Assembly: GCF_009914755.1 (NCBI RefSeq)
Contig: NC_060940.1
Origin: the human T2T-CHM13v2.0 reference genome, Homo sapiens
DNA: 64,000 nt
Direction: 5' to 3' (one strand)
Part shown: one piece after another, positions 57,520-64,000 of the stretch
How positions within the stretch are numbered: position 1 is the first letter of the stretch
How the letters are laid out: the number at the start of each line of letters is the position of its first letter
The notes under the pieces: generated by a model
Databases searched by the model: none
Seen by the model: the letters and a program-made list of their open reading frames with translations, nothing else
Told to the model about the DNA's origin: nothing
Made by a program: the position numbers and the translations under genes

Positions 57520-58615
57520 TAGATGCTCTGTGACCATAGGCATTCTATGATAGTGCCCAAAAGTGCCACCTTTTGTATACACCTGTGTAATCTTCTCCCC
57601 CTGAGGGTGAGTGAAATGAGTGAATACAATAGGTTACTATGATGAACATAATTTAGATGATGAGATCTTGGATCTCAAATTGGTGTTATAATGGCACGAG
57701 ACCCTTGGAAGGGAGTTAATTGTTGGGGGCCAGAAGACAGACTATGATAGGTAAGGTTTTAAGATGTCTGCCCCTTCTCCCCACGTCAGCGTATGTCCCC
57801 TTCCCTTGAGTGTGGGACATGGACATCTCACTTATGATTAGCTTACCAACTGGTTAACTTTGAGTTCATCAAAAGGGCGATTATCCCAGGTATGTCTGAC
57901 CTAATCAGACTTTACAAGAAGGTGAAGCATCAGAGATGTGATCTTGCTGGCCTGAAGAAAAGAAACCGCTTTGTGGTGAGAGGGAGGCTTCCAAGAGCTG
58001 AGACTAACCCTGTTGATAACTCCTGGAAAAATGGGGACCTTCGGCCCTAAGGAACTAAATTCCTCCAGCACCTGGAATAAGCTTGGAAAAGCACCCCAAG
58101 CTCCAGTTGAGAACGGCAATGTTGCCAACACCTTGGCTGCAACCTTGTGGGTCTCTGAGCAGTGTTCCAACTAAGCCATGCCCAGACTCCTGACCTTCAG
58201 AAACTATGAGATAATAACAAGTGTCATGGCCAGGAGCAGTGGCTCATGCCTGTAATCCCAACACCTCCAGAGGCTGAGGCGGCATGATCACCTGAGGTCA
58301 GGAGTTCGAGACCAGTCTGGTCAACATGGCGAAACCCCATCTCTACTAAAAATACAAACATTAGCCAGGCGTGGTGGTGCATGCCTGTAGTCCCAGCTAC
58401 TCAGGAGGCTGAGGTGGGAGGGTCACTTGAATCCAGGAGGCAGAGGTTGCAGTGAGCCAAGATTCTGCTACTATACTCCAGCTTGGGCAACAGAGTGAGA
58501 CTCTGTCTCAAACAAAACAAAACAAAGCAAAACAAACAAAAAAAATTACAAATGTTATTTTAAGCCACTAAGCTTGTGGTCATTCTTTATGCAGCAAAAG
58601 AAAATGAATAGATAC
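57520..58615 (+). mobile_element. MLT1E-type LTR pieces interrupted by an Alu
   Basis: CCCTTCCCTTGAGTGTGGG...GAGTTCATCAAAAGGGCGATTATCC...GCCCAGACTCCTGACC | TTTAAGCCACTAAG. Confidence 0.75.
58228..58547 (+). mobile_element. AluSx-type
   Basis: Full dimer; TSD-like ACAAGTGTCAT / ACAAATGTTAT. Confidence 0.9.
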
Positions 58616-58992
58616 TCTCAACATTTCAAACACAACACTGATACCTGGGATTCCACTGCTGTGTTACAATCAAGTCATATCTTTCAGTTTTATATCTCCG
58701 GCTCCCTTGACACTAAGGATCGTCTAGTGACAATAAGTAAATAGGAAGTGTTTCTCCCAAGTGGGATTTTCTCTAGAAGTCCTACCTTTCCCAAGAAAAG
58801 GATTATCCCAGAGACTCCTTGCAAAATGATAATGATCAATGCTGTCTATGGTTCAGAACAAAGACACTCCTAAATCTAACCTAACACATGAAATTTATTT
58901 TGTTCCCAGCTTATTGCTAAGAGGGCACTCAAATGTATAGCCCAGATTGTAAATAAAAGACAAAGTAATTGTCTGGTTTTTCAAAAAATTTA

Positions 58993-59328
<336 letters not shown>

Positions 59329-60034
59329 TAGAAGCAGAATATCTTGACCAAACTTAAGAGGGTTTCAGCCACGTCTGACATAAAAAATTATTGAAAAATC
59401 CTGATGAGATTCAGAGCGTAATTAACTACTCAGCATTTTTACAGTCATAAAGGGGCTAGAATCACACATGCCACAAGCAGAGGGAACAGTTGGACTCTGG
59501 TTAGATGAGCTAACTGGATAACTTCCTTAGCCAGAGGGGTCAGGCAGATCACCCCTGGCTGCGTCCTAGTGGAGCAAAATGGATTACAGCCTCACGATTC
59601 ATTGCCTTTGATACACTTAAAGAGAATTCTGTCTTTCAAGAAAAATGGGAGGGAGTATATGTGGAAGTAAAGATGATTTATATTTTTCCTCCAAGTAAGT
59701 TTGAGACGTGGGTAAATAAAAATATTTTACACTCATCTGTATCCATTCACTTGTGCTGATGTTTGTTGTAGGATCAATGTCAAGGGATGCTCTGCTTCAA
59801 TGTCTAGGGGACAACAGGGAATAGTGCAGACTGCGGTGAACTAAAGGGGCAGCCCGCAGCCATCTCCAGCTTACTGGGGCCACATTCTAGTCTCAACACT
59901 TACTTTGCAACAGAATTACCTGGGAATCCTAAAATTAAGGTCCTCAAATTTCAAAACCAAAGATGCTATTTACTTCTTCTGGAGAGGGGTTCTGGAAACT
60001 GCATTTTACTAAGTCCCTTACATCAACACTATTC

Positions 60035-60280
60035 AGTAAAAATGTAAATGTAATATGCCATATAATTGCAGGCCACATATGTGACTTTAAATTTTCTAGT
60101 AGCTGCATGTAGAAGAAAAATAAAGAAAAACAGAAGAAATCTTAATATATTTAGTTTCATCTCATGTATTATTTTAACATGTAATTAATTATTAACAATT
60201 TCTGTCTTCAAAATTTGGTATGCATTTTATATTTAAAGCATGCCTGAATTCATACTAGCCATATTTCTAGTGCACAGTTT
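60035..60280. mobile_element. MER33 (hAT-Charlie)
   Basis: GCCACATATGTGACTTTAAATTTTCTAGTAGC...TCTTCAAAATTTGGT...ACTAGCCATATTTC. Confidence 0.7.
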
Positions 60281-60669
60281 TTATTATTGCATGAGATTTC
60301 TCTTTCTTGTTCAATTTTGTGAAAGTTGTGTTTGCCTTGACTTCCACTGCTTAAGTTTAAACAGCTCAAAGCCCAACAGTGTACTCTCATTTGCTCAAAC
60401 TTCCCTCTCCAGGCTTGGAACAGGAGATCTAAGTCCCAATCCCAATTCTGTCTATTAAACTTTCTGAACTTGGACATGTTGCCATTTCATTGTCAATGTC
60501 CCAATTTCCCCATCAGAAGTTGAGTTACTTATACTAGATGTCTGAAGATCATTCTCTACTCTCCTGATGCTAATAAATTGTCTGACTTTTTGTTTCAAGA
60601 AAAGGGTATTTTTTTTTCCTTTTATTGTCTTGTGATGCTTCTGAGAGAGGTGAAGTTGATGCATGGAGG

Positions 60670-60889
60670 ACTTACTCAGCATTCCCCATTCCCTAGCCCT
60701 CTGCCCACCCAACTATCTTTGAAAATTCCTAGCCTCTGAATTTTCAGGGAGGTTGATTTGAGTAATAAACTCCCATCTTCCATGTGGCTAACCCTGCATT
60801 AATTAAACTCTTTTTCTGCTGCAATACCTCTGTCTCAGTGAATTGGTTTTATCTGTGCAGTGGGCAAGAAGAACTTCTGGGCAATCACA
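60670..60889 (+). mobile_element. LTR8A-like ERV1 LTR, 3' part only
   Basis: GGAGGTTGATTTGAGTAATAAACTCC...AATTAAACTCTTT...GCAGTGGGCAAGAAGAAC...CAATCACA. Confidence 0.65.
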
Positions 60890-62321
60890 AGAAGGCAGCC
60901 ATTTCAAATAAAAGGGAAAAAAGTTTTCACAGGTTAAGTGGTTTTGCCAAAGTCATGCAAGGTTAGTGGCTTCCAAAACCAAGATTAGAGCCCACATTTA
61001 TCAGGGCTCTTAGCAGAGACCATCACCATAACCTCTTGTAACAGACACTTGGTTCTCGTGGGTGATGGAAAGCATGGTCTCAGCTCTGGAAGGATTTCTG
61101 AAATGGGAAAAGGAAGTGTTTTTCTCAGCAATCCATTAGTGAGATACATTCTTCAACAATGTAGGAAGTTGTTGGAATAACTTAAAGAAGGAGCTCATTG
61201 CCATTATTTCCTTTGGCCTTTATAAAGGGCTCGCCAAGGTATTACTGGTTCTGGGGGATGTCTGGGTTAAACGGCTTTTGTTCTAATACATCTGATGGTA
61301 CAGCTTAAACGCAAAAGGAAAGCAAAATGGCGCTGCTTCAGAATTTAAGCAATAACCCAGAGTAAAAACAAGCAGGAAAGCACCAAGCTCTTATGTGTTC
61401 ACGTAACATCACTAGGTGCCATTTCCCTCCTGGAAAAAATCTCGAGAAGCTTCCCAAACGCGCAACATGAGAAAGGTTATTAAAGCATTTATTCTAAGAT
61501 GACTTTTTAATTGCAAAATGATAACATCCCAGCATCTCTGCCTCACTGAGTTGAGGGAAATATTTAGAAACTGTTTGTGTGCCCTAAGAGAAAGGCTGGT
61601 ACATAATTGCAAATTATTACCACTTCTGCAGGTCATGCTGACAAGATTATCTCTCAGCGGGCTGACAATCAGAAACCTGCTTCTAGTCGGGTGGTTTTTC
61701 ACAGCTGGTAACCTTTTTCTTTTTTCCTGGATGGAACGGAAATTAACATTGTATGCCTGCTCCTTTCACTTTAGTGGGCCATTTATCATATTAAAGCCCA
61801 TTGGTCTAGGTACCAGCCTCACCAACTTAGGTAAACAGAGTTCTAGGAGGAACCGACAGATGTTAGCAAGACAAGTAATCACAGAACAACAAAGCTTCAT
61901 TGCCACAGCTGTTACATAAACAGTTTTCAAAAACATGGCAACTAGGAGGCAATTTAAGGAGAGAATCTTCAGGGGATGCTTACAATGCTGGTAATGCTTA
62001 GATTGCAATGGAGGCTTAAATCTCCAATTTCGTAATATGACTGAAAAGGCCCAGCATGATCTGGCCCTTCCCACATCTCTATGCCCCAGTGCCTCCCCGC
62101 TGCCTGCAGCCACCTGTTGTCCCTTTGGGTCCTCCAATGCTCTGAGCTCCTTTGCACCTTGGGACTTCACGTGTACTTCTCTCCTTCATTTAACAGAACT
62201 CCATTTAAATTCTACTTTCTTAGAATCTACTCATTCTCAATTAGCCCCCTCCCTTTATACTCTTAGAGGTTTCTGTATTTTCTCCCCTTCTTGATACCTA
62301 TTGAAAGTTATTTCACTTTAC

Positions 62322-62925
62322 TGTTTTTTGTTTTTTTTTTTGACTCAGGGTCTTGCTCTGTCACCCACGCTTGAGTGCAGTGGCGCAGTCACAGCTTACT
62401 ACAGCCTCGAACTCTGCGACTCCACTGAGCCTTTTGCCTCAGCCTCCCGAGTAGCTGGCACTACAGGATAATTTTTTTTGTATTTTTTTGTGAAGAGAGG
62501 GGTCTCGGCCAGGTGCTGTGGCTCACACCTGTAATCCCAGCACTTTGGGAGGCTGAGGCGGGCGGATCATGAGGTCAGGATTCAAGACCAACCTGGCCTA
62601 GATGGTGAAACCCCATCTCTACTAAAAATGCAAAAATTAGCTGGGTGTGGTGGCGTGTGCCTGTAATCCCAGCTACTCGGGAGGCTGAGGCAGAGAATTG
62701 CTTGAACCCGGGGGGCAGAGGTTGCCATGAGCCGAGATCCACACCACTGCATTCCAGCCTGGACGACAGAGTGAGACTCCAACTCGAAGAAAAAAAAAAG
62801 AGAGAGAGAGAGACGGGGGGTCTCACTATGCTGCCCAGGCTGGCCCCAAACTCTTGGGCTCAAGTGATTCTCCCACCTTGGTCACCTCGTGCTGGGATTA
62901 CAGGCATGAGCTACCATGCCCAACC
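62322..62925 (-). mobile_element. AluJ split by an antiparallel AluS
   Basis: Host breaks at AGAGAGGGGTCTC (62506) and resumes as GAGACGGGGGGTCTCACTATG. Confidence 0.85.
62507..62810 (+). mobile_element. AluS nested inside the AluJ
   Basis: Full dimer with A/(AG)n tail; the TSD is the duplicated GGGGTCTC host segment. Confidence 0.9.
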
Positions 62926-63312
62926 CCTACTAAAATGTAAAGTTATATATTTATTTCCTTGATTATCAGTTTATGTGTCTGTGTCATTAGAACATAAGTC
63001 ATGTGGTGGAAGAGATCAGGTCTGCTTGATCATTCTATCTCCAGTGTCCCATATGTAGTTTGCACTATTACTTGTTGAATGAATATGGAGAGTTCTCCAT
63101 TTTATGGATGATTCCAATTATTTCTCACCACACCTCTCGAGTCCCTTGACATAGGTATCGTCACCCCATTTTACAAAAAAGGAAATGGATTGGTGGTGAC
63201 ACAATTTGCCCAAGATCATGTAGCCAGTGCATAGTGGGGTGAATTGCAAATTCAAGTAGAACATGAAAACCTGTGGTTTTCCTTCGTAGCATCTTCTAAA
63301 TACTTGTTTGGC

Positions 63313-63830
<518 letters not shown>

Positions 63831-64000
63831 TCATGTGTCACACTACCATGGGCTGCTGTTGTCATATTCTCTAATCTGGTCTTCAGGTTTCTCTCTGGAG
63901 AGTGGCCATGAGCCAAGGTAGCCACTTTCTAGGAGAGCCCTCAACAGGAAAAGAGTTAGGTTCAGGTGTGAAGGGCAGGTGAGACACAATGAGAAGGTGA

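Noticed and set aside
61518-62170. Overlapping 133-aa and 134-aa ORFs
   Set aside because: No homology recognised, the second runs into L2-derived sequence, and such lengths occur by chance in 64 kb.

Overview
Primate (most likely human) non-coding DNA, either intergenic or deep intronic. I cannot assign it to a locus from sequence alone. No protein-coding exon, RNA gene or CpG island is supported: the longer ORFs are Alu/LTR/L1 read-throughs or have no recognisable homology. The window is a mosaic of about 34 Alu copies or fragments (J, S, Y), MaLR/ERV solo LTRs (THE1B/C/D, MSTA, MLT1, MLT2A/B, LTR10C-like, LTR32-like, LTR8A-like), old L1/L2/L3/MIR fragments and DNA transposon relics (Charlie1b, MER5A, MER33, MER63A, MADE1). 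Repeat family names come from recalled consensus sequences, not from a RepeatMasker run. The most unusual signal is a cluster of short local copy events between about 11.8 and 32.5 kb that transposition does not explain: a 65-bp direct copy, an inverted ~190-bp copy of an MLT1/THE1D junction, a 54-bp MIR piece pasted inside an MLT2A LTR, a 47-bp fold-back with extra templated snippets, and a broken MADE1 hairpin followed by serial duplications. Also notable are an LTR10C-like element with a perfect p53 response element, a tiny twin-primed inverted L1PA, and several fossil deletion junctions. I find no evidence of a new gene system.
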